Origin: Octopus vulgaris
Taxonomy: Eukaryota
NCBI GenBank assembly: GCA_951406725.2
Contig: OX597828.1
Location: 60,512,001-60,576,000, forward strand
Reading direction: 5' to 3'
DNA length: 64,000 nt
Positions within the stretch are counted from its first letter, which is position 1. The number at the start of each line of letters is the position of its first letter. A program made the translations under genes and the position numbers. The notes under the pieces are model-generated. The model saw only the letters and a list, made by a program, of their open reading frames with translations, did not search any database and was not told the DNA's origin. This document shows, piece by piece, positions 51,720 through 63,289 of the stretch.

Positions 51720-52977
51720 AAGCCTCATCAGCCACATCCACCTCTCTCTTTGAGCGGGTAGGGGACTGTTCCAGGACCATACCATGGTCCTGGGGGCAGT
51801 TCTTTTTAATGTGGCCTGGCTGTAGGTACGGGTGACACTTGAAGGGACGTCCCTCGAGTATCACCGGATACCTGCAGTCAGCCATTTAAAAATAAATCTG
51901 GTAAAACCAGATCTGTTGCGGCCGATGTGGTCCATAGGGTCAAAATCGCTTTTTACCCTTCCCAATCGACCGCCGGCAATACTCTTACATTTAAGAGCCT
52001 GGGCCCGCTATCCCCTAGTCCCAGTCGGATGGTATTATCAATCCAACCCGCCTCGGTGCCTGGGGTTGACCCACATACCAAGGCTCTTATTAATTTCCTC
52101 CCACAGTACGACAGGAGGAACAGAATTTCGTTGCCTTCCAAGGGCTTGCTCGCAGAATTGCGAGCCTCCCCCGGAGTGTCAAACAGCAACATACGGTTGC
52201 ATGCTTGACACCGCGAGATATGTATTTCACAGAAGACAAATAGTCTTTCAGTTCTTTCTCTATAGTTGGATTTGGGAAGACGGTGATGGTATCAAGAACT
52301 TTAACCACCACCGTTCTCTCCATATCTTTTAACCACTGCTTGGGTGGGATAATTTTCCACTCCAAGACAGGTTCTTCTTTTTAAGTTCCTTCTCTGCCAT
52401 GTCCCCCGCCAAAAAAAAAAAAAAAAAGATCAAAGGCAGTTCGCAAAAATTAAAACCGAATAAAAACAAGAAAAACAAAATAAAAGAAGGAAAAAACTGA
52501 AATTAAAATAATGAGAAAAAAAATGAACCGAAATTTAGGAAGAAAGGAAAAATTAAAAGGAAACAATGCACACAAGTAGAACAGACAGGGAATCCTGGGC
52601 CCTGTATAATACTCCAACAGGTAAATCCGATAGTCAGGGTCCTTCTCAATAGTACTCCAGTTAGGTAAACACCACAGGGTACCACTTTTTCTAGCGAAAT
52701 ACGCCCACCAGTATGTACAAGTTATTTGGCGAAAAAACACCACAGAATTTTACTCCAAAGAAGTTTTCAAAAAATTTTCAGTCCACCGTTAAGGCGACGA
52801 GAGCACAATATTTTTTACTCTCTAGAGCAAGCTACAATTTAAAGCCGCCAAGGCAAACGAAATTGCCCCAGGGCTAGGCAGGAACTTACTTGACGATTTT
52901 TCTTTTTGTTTTTCTTTTTCTATTCACGGAACCAAAGCTCTCTCTTTAAGCAACAGGCTTTCTAGCGGCGCATGCCT
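51720..52977 (-). mobile_element. Tx1/L1-like ORF1 retroelement, copy 1 (3' part lost)
   Basis: Frameshifted ORF (EWKIIPPKQWLKDMERTVVV...KCHPYLQPGHIKKNCP) homologous to copy 2. Its 5' end abuts the SINE target sequence. Confidence 0.8.
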
Positions 52978-52992
52978 GTAAGCAAGCTACTT

Positions 52993-54948
52993 TATTTCAT
53001 AAAATTTGTCATATAGACAGTACAAAGATTGTGTAGCTTTGCGGGCTGGACAAACACATTAATGAATGAAAATGAAATAAAATGAGTAAATGAGAGACGA
53101 AACCCCACACCCTCCGGTTGGATTTTTCTCGAAATCATATTTTCTTTTTTTTAAAAAATCAATATGAGGTTTCAAACCTCTTACAAGAAGGAGGCACTAA
53201 AACCTCTTACTTAACATGTTTTTTTTAAAAAACAATTGAAGTTATAAACCACTACAAATAATACAATAAGATGAGATTTCAAACCTAACGTGGTTTTTTC
53301 ACCTCCTACTCATCGATATATTCATCATTATCTTCCATATTAAGTTCATATATCCCGCCATTTCCCATGCCTCACTCATGTAAGTCATGTAAGGGCCACC
53401 CGGCCATATGCGACGCTCCTCCCCAAATCCTTTAAGCCTTTCCCACAAGGGAAACCTTATGACCTACACAGCTATCTGCAGTGGCCATTCGGGATCCCTT
53501 GTGAAGGGCATATCTACTGTCTCTTTATGTTCTACTTTTTCCATCTCCCCGCCCTTGTAGAAAAAGATAATTAATTCATCATCTTTAAGGGTGGGGGTCG
53601 TTTCTTCCATCGAGGGTGGCACAACTTTCTTTTTTTCTTTTCTTCCTGACTTCGAGAGAGTGGAGCTCTTCCGCTTTGTCCAGAGTCTCCACCACCTCCC
53701 GAAGCCTTAGGGTTCTTCGGCGGGCAACTATTGCTTCCCGCCTTCTTCCTTTTTAATCCTTTTTTGGGCTGAGGAGGCTTCACATCCACCTCTCCCTTTG
53801 ACTGGGTAGGAGAGGTGGCTTCCAGTGACTGTTCCAGGACCTTACCATGGTCCTGGGGGCAGTTCTTTTTAATGTGGCCTGGCTGCAGGCACGAGTGACA
53901 CTCGGGGGTGGGGGAGTACGTCCCTGAAGTATCACCGGATACCTGAAGCCAGCCATTTAAAAAATAATCTGGAAAATCGCTTTTGACCCTTCCCAATCGA
54001 CCGCCGGCAATACCCTTACATTTAAGAGCCTGGGCCCGCTATCCCCCAGTCCCAGTCGGATGGTATCTTCAATCCAACCCGCCTCGGTGCCTGGGGTGAC
54101 CCACATACCAAGGCTCTCATTAATTTCCTCCCGCAGTATGACGGGAGGAACAGAATTTCGTTGCCCTCTAAAGGCTGACTCGCAAATTTGCGAGCCTTTT
54201 CCCGGTTGTCAAACAGCAACCATACGGTTGCATGTTTGAAATCACGGGATATGTATTTCACAGAGGACAAATAGTCTTTCAGTTCATTTTCTATAACTGG
54301 TTTTGAGAAGACGGTGATGGAATCAAGAACTTTAGAATATGTTCTAACCACCACCGTCCTCTCCTCCATATCTTTTAACCACTGCTTGGGTGGGACAATC
54401 TTCCACTCAAAAGCAGTGACACCATTCTTTATCACCATGACGAAGAAAGTTCAAATGTCCACAAAAATAGAAATGCACTAGAAAGAAAAGAAAAAAAGTC
54501 CGAACGAAAAATAAATAGCAGAAAATAAGACAAAAGTAAACAAAAAGGACAGTTCAAAAAACAAGGTAAAACACGGAAGAAATAAAAATATGGTTCCAAA
54601 AGGCAACTACACAATTCCGGACACAGGTACTCCTGGCCCTCTTCTTTGGCTGTTACTCCGAGCTGGAATCTTAAATCCACAGAAGACGAATCTTCGACAC
54701 AATGGGCCATAAAAATTTTCAATGACTGGAACAAACTTCAACAAGCAAAAATCACAATAGCCGCCGAGAGCAGGCGAAATTGTCCCCGAGCTGTGCGAAA
54801 TTTACTGAAAAAAATTCCAAAACAATAAATCACACCCAGTTCAAAACCTCAAACGGACTTCTTAATTTTCAGTTTTAGGACGGAGCACACTAGCTTATGT
54901 CCTCCTTGTTCAAGTGTTGAAGCAAAACACCAATGCACATGTGCAGAA
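52993..54948 (-). mobile_element. Complete ORF1-only (HAL1-like) non-LTR retroelement, copy 2, 1956 bp
   Basis: 15-bp TSD GTAAGCAAGCTACTT (52978-52992, 54949-54963). ORF1-like protein from 54438 with CCHC knuckle CHSCLQPGHIKKNC. No EN/RT motifs seen. 3' end ...GAAATA|AAG forms AATAAA with the target. Confidence 0.85.
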
Positions 54949-54986
54949 GTAAGCAAGCTACTTACCACACAGCCATTCCTACACCT
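54949..54986 (-). mobile_element. SINE family A head (A box)
   Basis: GGTGTAGGAATGGCTGTGTGGTAAGTAGCTTGCTTAC. Confidence 0.85.
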
Positions 54987-54994
54987 ATACTAAT

Positions 54995-55824
54995 TGACTC
55001 TAGTTGTCCGTTTACACTCACTGATGGTCGTTCTCACTAACTAATTGAGTCGTCACGAGCCGCCTCGCTCCGTTGTCGCCAAGTTACTAACTGCTTGAAT
55101 CGTCATCGAAGTGACTGATTTTTGTAGGGTATTCTTGCTTTTATAACTATCCAGAAGGATAGACATATCATTGAGAACAATAGAATTAGTTGGTGGTCTT
55201 GTTATCTCTATTCTGGTTTTTGGTTAAGTAGAAGAGGTTATAAGGGTCAAGTGGTGAAGACATTATTTCGGTCTAGCTAAAGGCATCTGGAAAATGTAAA
55301 ACTGCTGTCAGAGAGAAACCATCGTTCAACCGTGAGAAGCGTTCTGTTGAAGTATTAATTTAAATTTGACAAAGGTGGATTGAATCCACTTCATACATGC
55401 AAGATCCACTACATATATATATATGAAGTGGATTCAATCCACCTTTGTCAAATTTAAATTAATACTTCAATAGAACGCTTCTCACGGTTGAACGATGGTT
55501 TCTCTCTGACAGCAGTTTTACATTTTCCAGATGCCTTTAGCTAGACCGAAATAATGTCTTCACCACTTGACCCTTATAACCTCTTCTACTTAACCAAAAA
55601 CCAGAATAGAGATAACAAGACCACCAACTAATTCTATTGTTCTCAATGATATGTCTATCCTTCTGGATAGTTATAAAAGCAAGAATACCCTAAGCAAAAA
55701 TCAGTCACTTCGATGACGATTCAAGCAGTTAGTAACTTGGCGACAACGGAGCGAGGCGGCTCGTGACGACTCAATTAGTTAGTGAGAACGACCATCAGTG
55801 AGTGTAAACGGACAACTAGAGTCA
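54995..55824. repeat. ~400-bp near-perfect inverted repeat with 26-nt spacer
   Basis: Arms 54995-55395 and 55422-55824. I saw one substitution and one small indel. Confidence 0.97.
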
Positions 55825-55954
55825 TGGCCACAAGCAGGCAGTCACTAGAGATCAAACGGCCAGAGAGAAAAAGAAAGTTACACTCAGCGACTATGCGGGA
55901 CACAACTTCCCTCGACTCTCACTTTCACTAACTCACTTTCTTTTCTCTGCAACA
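55422..55954 (-). mobile_element. LTR-like sequence forming the right arm of the palindrome
   Basis: On the - strand, purine-rich AGAGAGATGGTAA precedes TGTTGCAG. The left arm carries the matching end ...GATCCACTACA (55413). Confidence 0.5.
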
Positions 55955-56129
55955 TTACCATCTCTCTATATATATATGAGGACGTGTACACACATACTGG
56001 CCGAAATTAATTCTTTTTACCTCACATACTTTTCCATTTTCTAATTATACATACCAACCCGTTGTGGTTTTGGATATATACAAAGTAACGGTGGTGACCC
56101 TGAACAAGAACATTGCAGCCTTCCTTAAA

Positions 56130-56171
<42 letters not shown>

Positions 56172-56246
56172 TGTATGTGACCGCGTGTGTACCGTTGGCG
56201 ATTTTTTTCCTCCGCCTTCCCTTCTCTGGATCTTTCCTTTTCCTAT

Positions 56247-56281
56247 GTTTCTGACGAAGAGCTCCGCTCGAAACGTAAAAC
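56247..56281 (+). ncRNA. Minimal type I hammerhead ribozyme (Penelope-type)
   Basis: GTTT-CTGACGA-A-GAGC-tcc-GCTC-GAAA-CG-TA-AAAC. Stems I and II pair, stem III is the palindrome ACGT, and the cleavage triplet is GUA. Confidence 0.8.
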
Positions 56282-56366
56282 CCTCCTTCTCTCTTCCTTC
56301 CTGAGCGTTCAATAATACTATATTTGTTCCACGTCCTCGCGTTGTTGTGTTTTCATGTTTGGATTA

Positions 56367-56370
<4 letters not shown>

Positions 56371-56460
<90 letters not shown>

Positions 56461-56461
56461 C

Positions 56462-56552
<91 letters not shown>
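56371..56552. repeat. (TA)n microsatellite
   Basis: ~180 bp of TA with occasional CA. Confidence 0.98.
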
Positions 56553-56560
<8 letters not shown>

Positions 56561-56989
56561 CATCTAATATAGGATAAAATTTTTTCGAAAAAATTCTATC
56601 ATTGGCCAGCATATTAAACAATACCTTTAGAGGTTAAATTTATAAACAATTTATAAGTAAGGGCAAAAGGAAAAATTTCTAATGCCAAAATATGCCGAAA
56701 ATAGACACAGCGTCAATAACCATGTAATTTATCACGTGTTTCGAAGAAAGCCGACAGAAATTTCTAAAAAATCCCGTTATTACCACATCGGACCCGATTT
56801 CTGAGTTAGTTCATAAGAACCTTCCCTTCATCTGTGATAAATGCGCAAAGAAATAAGCGAAATACTTACTTATACCCATGGAAGAAGTGAACACTAAGTC
56901 ATGAGCACAATTAAGTACCCCAAATATATCCAAAATAGAAACTCTCTAGCCCATCCCGAGACATATACATATACCTCATAGTTACTTTC

Positions 56990-57410
56990 ATCACATCATA
57001 TGACTTTAACCATTGCTCACTGGTCCAATTTAAGTGGTTTTTGGCCCACAGAAGACGTTTTTCAATATTCGCTTCAGAAACCTATGGCTTCTTCCTGGCT
57101 TTACAGCCTTTCAGACCGTACTCTACAAGCATTTTTCTAACAGTTCTGGTTGATATTTGGGAAGTATTTGCCTTGTTGAAATCCACACAGAGCTCCGACG
57201 ATGTTTTTCTTCTGTTTCTGGGCGACATTGGTCTAACTGATAATTGGTTGCATATGTACAGTATAAAAGCAATAATTGATGCTAAAGGAGGGCCAACCAG
57301 ATATTAAAACTAATGCACATTGTGAAATTACCATAATCTACTATGTGAACGAGTTTCATTAACATTGAGATAGTACAACCCCAAAATATTGGGGTGGCCT
57401 GATACAAAAG
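56990..57410. mobile_element. Rearranged Tc1 remnant
   Basis: - strand ISTRTVRKMLVEYGLKGCKARKKP..RLLWAKNHLNWTSEQW (HTH region); + strand AIIDAKGGPTRY* (Tc1 C-terminus). Confidence 0.8.
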
Positions 57411-57430
57411 TATATATATATATATGTATG

Positions 57431-57461
<31 letters not shown>

Positions 57462-57500
57462 ATGTATATATATATATGTATGTATATATATGTGTGTATG

Positions 57501-57594
<94 letters not shown>

Positions 57595-57595
<1 letters not shown>

Positions 57596-60500
57596 GATTT
57601 GATTTGATTTATTTTCAGCTCATGAGCTGTGACCATGCTGGGGCACCGCCATTTGGTGTTGCAACATAATTTTACTTCACAAATGCTTTTTAGGAATTGA
57701 CATTTGGTGCATGAGAGAGTTTGATGCAGCTTCCCTCATCTGCACCTCCTGCCATGAAGTTGGCTCATCTGGAACACTTGACAGCAAGAGGTCCAGTTAT
57801 GTTTTGAAGACACCTACATCCACTCCATGCGCGTCTCTCAGGTCCTTCGGAAGGATATTGAAGAGCTGTGGTCCTCAGAAGCCCAGGCTATCACAGTATC
57901 TTGTCCTACATCTTGATGGCAAATTTAGAGTCCTTGACACTATGCAGTGGTGCCCAGTTCTAGTATTTGCGTAACTCTCGATGCTAAAGTTTGGGATAAG
58001 TCTTTCGAGGATCTTCCAGATGTATATTATGGCATATCTTTCTCGCCTACGCTCTACGGAATAGAGTCTCAATCTCTTGAGTCTTTCCCAGTAGCTTATA
58101 TGCTGCACAGAGGCTATCTTCTTCGTGTAGCTTCGTTGGATCGCCTCAAGTTCTGTGATTAACTTGATGGTGACCATAGCTGAGAGCAATAGTCAAAGTG
58201 GTTTAGGATAAGTGTCCTCCAGAGGACCATCATAGTTTCCTGATCTCTTGTTCTAAAAGTTCTAAGAATCTATCCGGTCAGCCGCCTGCATTTCATTGGC
58301 AATTTAGCAACATGCACATGGGAGGATGCATCATCACTCATGTAAATACCCAGGTCTCGCACTGATTGTGTCTCTGGGATTGCAATCCCTCCAGGTCCAG
58401 TGTATTTATTGGGTATTGCATTTAGTTTTGCATGCTGATAGCACAAAGCTTGAAACTTTTCAGCATTAAACTGCATGCTATTCTTTTCAGCCCACTTGTA
58501 TATTTTATCCAACTCGCATTGCAGGTGCATAGTGTCTTCAGGGTTCTGTATTGCCTGTGAGACTTTTGTATTATCTGCATAACTTGTGATCGTGGCTCTC
58601 TGTGTGGCTGAGGGCCATTATAAACAGTAGTGGTCCCAAAACAGTGCCTTGCTGGACATTGCTCACTATTTGCGTGTCGTCGAAGGTGTCTTCATTAGCT
58701 ACTACCACCTGACTTCTATTCTTCAGAAAGTCATGCAACCATTTTCCAACTATGCCAAGATCACGCAGTTTGTGACACATCATTCCATGATCGACTTTAT
58801 CAAAGGCCTTTGCAAAGTCGAGATATATCACTTCCACATTTCAGTCGTTGAGCAGCTGTTTCAGTACCCAGTCATAGTGTTGTAAGAGCTGAGTCAGGCA
58901 GCTTCTTCCTGGTCGGAAACCATGTTGGGTGTCAGGCAGCAAGTTATTTTCCTCAAGGAAGGTGATTAGTTTTCTTCTATTTGTTCCATGACCTTGCTGA
59001 TGTGCAAGGTCAGAGAGATAGGTCTGTAGTTTTTCGCCTCTGCTCTGCTACCTCCTTTATGAATAGGGCATATTATACTCTCCTTCAGTTTTCTTGGAAG
59101 TTTGCCAGTTGCAAGTAAGCTCTGAAAGAGGAACTGCAGTGGTCTTGCTCGGACTCACATGCTTTTAGAAGGATTGGTGGGAATCCATCAGGGCCAGTAG
59201 TTGAGTTTGGGTTCATTTCCTCTATAGCCCTTATTACATCGTCTTCCTTTATATTGATGTAATCGATTATCACTCCTGCTTTTTTTATCTGTAGTGGTAA
59301 AAAAGTCAGTTGGATTGCTGACTTGCAAGTGTCCTAGTGAAAACACTTTTGAAATGCTCATTTAGTATTTCACTTATCCTCATTGGGTTTCCTGTGAGTG
59401 AGCCATCTTTTTCAAGGAGTGGCCCTATCCTACAGTGCACCGTAGCTGTTTCTTTAGCAAACTTGTAGAAAGCTCTGGGGTAAGATTTTATATTGTCTAT
59501 AGCCCAGGCTTCTTTGTTTTCATAGTAGAGTTGCAGACTTTTTTCAATTTCCAGCAGTTGTATTTTCAGGCAGGACTTTTCACTGCTTTCAATATGTTTG
59601 TTTAGGCGATTTGATGTTTTTGTATGCCGTCTCATAAGAATTTTCGTCTCCCTGGGGATTTTGTTCTTGTGTACAGTGACCTTTCTCTCCAGGACACATT
59701 TGTAGCATATGGCTTGCATTACAAACATGAATTGTTGAAGTTTCATGTTGATGTCCGGAGAGGAGAGACATTTAGGCCAGTTTTGTTTGAGGATCTCTTT
59801 CTCAATTTGTTTCCAGTTTGCCTTATGGAAGTTCAATCTGGAAAGATTCTGAGAGTTTCTTGTAGACTGCATGTCCATGCTTTCCTTTGGCCCGTACATG
59901 GTTAACTCTACCATGTTGTGATCCGAGAGTAGTGTCGGTGTCACTTTCACATTATGGATGAGATCCATATTATTTGTGAAGCAGAGATCCAGTATGTTAC
60001 TTGCCCTGGTTGGTTGGAGTATTATTTACTCCATATACAGAGTGTTGATGAGGTTCAGGAGGGACCTCGCCTGTCCTCGTTCGCATCGTGTCATTCCTGG
60101 GAGAGAAAGGCCCTCGGGCCATCTGACATTGGGCAGATTGAAGTCACCCATAAGAAGTACACTTATGTGTTGTTCTAATGTGACTAGAACTTCTTCCATT
60201 TTTATAAGGCAGTCTTCAAACTTGTCTGCATGATTTGGAGCATCTGGAGGGCAATATGTAGCGCATATAACTACACCGAGTTGCCTTATATGTACAATTA
60301 GTGTGTCACATACTGAATTTGAGTGTGACAAAAGGACCTGGGGTATGATGTCTTCGCGGATGTACATAGCAACTCCACCACAACTCCTTTCTTTCCTGTC
60401 GGTCAGTAATACAACATACTGTGCTATGTGTATTTCTGCATTTGCTGGTTTTATGTGTGTTTACATAAGTGCTATGCACAAGCATTGATTGCATGTAACA

Positions 60501-61490
60501 AGGTCTCTCAGGAAAGGAATTTTTGTCCTGTTACTAAGTGTTAACAGTCCTCTGATGTTCAGTAAGAGCACCGATGTGATGTCAGTGTTGTTGCCAGAGG
60601 TGCCCACCTTGGGTCTATTTGCTGTGGTGGTCTTGTGTATTGGGGATAGTCCCACCTGTGAGATTGATGTAGCCAGGTCAGCTGCTGTACAATCTTTTGT
60701 GTTATGCACAAAAAATATTGTTGTTCAGCAGCAACCCTTTCAACAACATGTTGATAGGACTGGTTTGTAACACGCACTACATCTGCGTACCTCCGTTTTG
60801 GGGCAGGTGGTGCACAGTTCTTTCCTTTTGGCAGGTGGTTTCCGGCCTGTTTCATGTTTATGTGGCAGGGTCTTTAGTGTGCAAAACAGCAGCTTGCACC
60901 TCCCTCTCCATGCCAGCAGACACTTTTCAAGTTAAATTTGCACATTCGTGTGTGCTGTCTCTTTTTATCCTTTTTGTTATATGAGCAGTCAGGTTTGCGT
61001 CTTTCTTCGGTTGTTTCATCTTTTGTTTTTGCTTTTGCTCCTTTTAGTTGTTGTTTCTTGGCTCTTTCACCTCCATGGTTTTTCCCTTTGATTGTGGTTG
61101 GGGCACTTGCACGTGGGTTTACTTTTCGGGCAGGTTTCTTGCTTGAATCTTCTTTGTTTTCTTGAGTGTTTAACAAGTGTGGGTAGCATCTTTCATCTAC
61201 ATCCGTGCCTCCATCCTTGTCATCTTTGCTGTGTTCATTATCAAAGATGGCGTCAAGAGTACTGATGTGGGATCGCATAGGGGCATGTAAACTCCTGTTT
61301 CTTTCCTTCTATCTATGCTAAAGTTCTTGTGTAACCATTGCTCTTCAGTGCAGCTGTGATTATATTGTTTGGGTTATCTCCTTTAGCACAGTACCAGGCT
61401 CTCAAAAACAATGACAATTCCATGCTCCTTCAGTTTCTGGACATTTTTAGGGATGTTTTATTTATTTATTTATTTATTTATTTTTAATTT
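57595..61490 (-). mobile_element. Near full-length CR1-group LINE (N-terminal CCCH-like finger, APE, RT), many stops
   Basis: Motifs LLLNIRGL, MGDFNLP, LSDHNMV, YLDFAKAFDKVDH, QGTVLGPLLFI, LYSVERRRERY; (AAATC)n tail. 5' boundary approximate. Confidence 0.93.
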
Positions 61491-61809
61491 AACGGTGTGA
61501 TGGAGGGTAGTGAAGAAATAAAGAAAGTGTGTCTATATATTTAGAGAGATTGACAGGCTGATAGAAGAGAGGAAAAAAGAGAGAGAGAGAGACAGTATTT
61601 GCGTCTATATATTTAGGGAGATTGAGACGCCGAGAGAAGAAAGACGGTGTGACGGAGAGAAGTGAAGAGACAGAGAGAGAAAGAGAGAGAGAGAGGGAGT
61701 ATGTATTTATAATAGAGGTTGAGGGTCTGAGAGAGGAAAGAATGTGTGTTGGAGAGAAGTGAAAAAATACAGAGGAGAGAGAGTCTCTCTCTCTCTATAT
61801 ATATATACA

Positions 61810-61905
<96 letters not shown>

Positions 61906-62272
61906 TGTATGCATACTCACATATATACTATATTTAGGGAGTTTGAGGGGCTGAGAGAAGGACGGTGCGATGGAGAAAGGTAAAGAAAAAGAGAAAGAGA
62001 GACGGAGTGTCTATATCTTTAGAGAGACGAACGAAAGAGAAAGAGAAACAAAAAAGTGAGTGTGATGAAGAAAGATGGTGTGATGGAGTGAAGAAAAGAG
62101 ACGGAGCGAGAGAAAGAGAAGAGGCAGGGAGAGTGTCTACATATTTAAAGAAAGAAAGAGAGCAAGGGGAAATTACGGTGTGATGGAGAAGAGAGAGTAA
62201 AGTTATGCAAATTCTTGAAAAGGATTCGACTTGGATGTGGAAAAATAAATAAAGGAATAAATAAATATATAC

Positions 62273-62559
62273 CTGTCCTATATTTAAGAGATGAAGAATT
62301 ATGTACATTATTTATATTTGACGGATATTTGTCCTCATCTTGTTTGTTGTTAATACGTTTCAGCTGATACATCCTCCAGCCTTCATCAGGTGTCTTGGGG
62401 AAATTTTGAACTTGGTTTCTCATTCCTAATGTATTTTTTGATGTTGTTATTATTATTATTATTATTATTATCATTATTATTATTAAGGTCACTACCTGGA
62501 ATCGAACTCGGAATCTTGGGGTTAGTAGCCTGCGCTCTTAACCACTACGCCATATGCCC
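62273..62559 (-). mobile_element. tRNA-headed SINE-like element (family C) carrying a hammerhead motif
   Basis: Head GGGCATATGGCGTAGTGGTTAAGAGCGC...GAGTTCGATTCC (62559-62486), then (AAT)n, then a hammerhead core at 62393-62354. Confidence 0.75.
62354..62393 (-). ncRNA. Minimal hammerhead ribozyme (stem I 3' strand decayed)
   Basis: ACAC-CTGATGA-A-GGCTG-gaggatgtat-CAGCT-GAAA-CG-TA. Confidence 0.65.
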
Positions 62560-62995
62560 ACGGGCAAACATCAGTGCGGGCAATACGATACGGTGTTTAC
62601 CTTTCGTATATTTGTAAGGGCTTTTATTTTTTCTGTTTTTTTCCTTCTCTATATTCAAGATGGTTTTTCTTTAAATGTGTTGGGTTGTGTTTCACTCAAA
62701 AGTTATTCAGATTGGGATTTTTTCTTCTGATCGAAAATAGCAAATATTTTAGAAATTTCGTAAAATCCACGTGTTGTTATTAGCAATGTTAATAATTCGT
62801 ACATTCGCAAAAGATTATTCCTGCTTAATATATTTCACTTTATATTTCCTCAAGTGTATTCTTTATCACTCAGGAGGACATTCAAGGCTTTTTGCTTTTT
62901 TTAAAATAGAAATCGGAGTATTTTAGAAATTTCTTAGCGATTGTCTAGGATTTTTCTAAAAAAAAAACGTGTTGATCAGAGGTCGCCATATTTAA

Positions 62996-63035
62996 TATAT
63001 GTATATGTATATGTATATGTATATATGTATATATA

Positions 63036-63089
<54 letters not shown>

Positions 63090-63119
63090 TATGTATATAT
63101 ATATATATGCATATGTATA

Positions 63120-63167
<48 letters not shown>

Positions 63168-63255
63168 TATATACATATATATGTATGTATATATATATAT
63201 GTACATATATGTATATGTATATATATATATACGTATATATATGTATTTTTATATA
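62996..63255. repeat. Compound (TA)n/(TATATG)n microsatellite
   Basis: Visible directly in the sequence. Confidence 0.95.
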
Positions 63256-63289
63256 CAGATAGACATACAGACGGATAGGTACATAGGTA

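Noticed and set aside
56318-56621. YI/HT/VC-repeat ORFs here and at ~8.5, 47.9, 48.2, 57.4, 61.7 and 63 kb
   Set aside because: These are translations of microsatellites.
62486-62559. Functional tRNA gene
   Set aside because: The acceptor and anticodon stems pair poorly and there is no oligo-T terminator, so it is treated as a SINE head.
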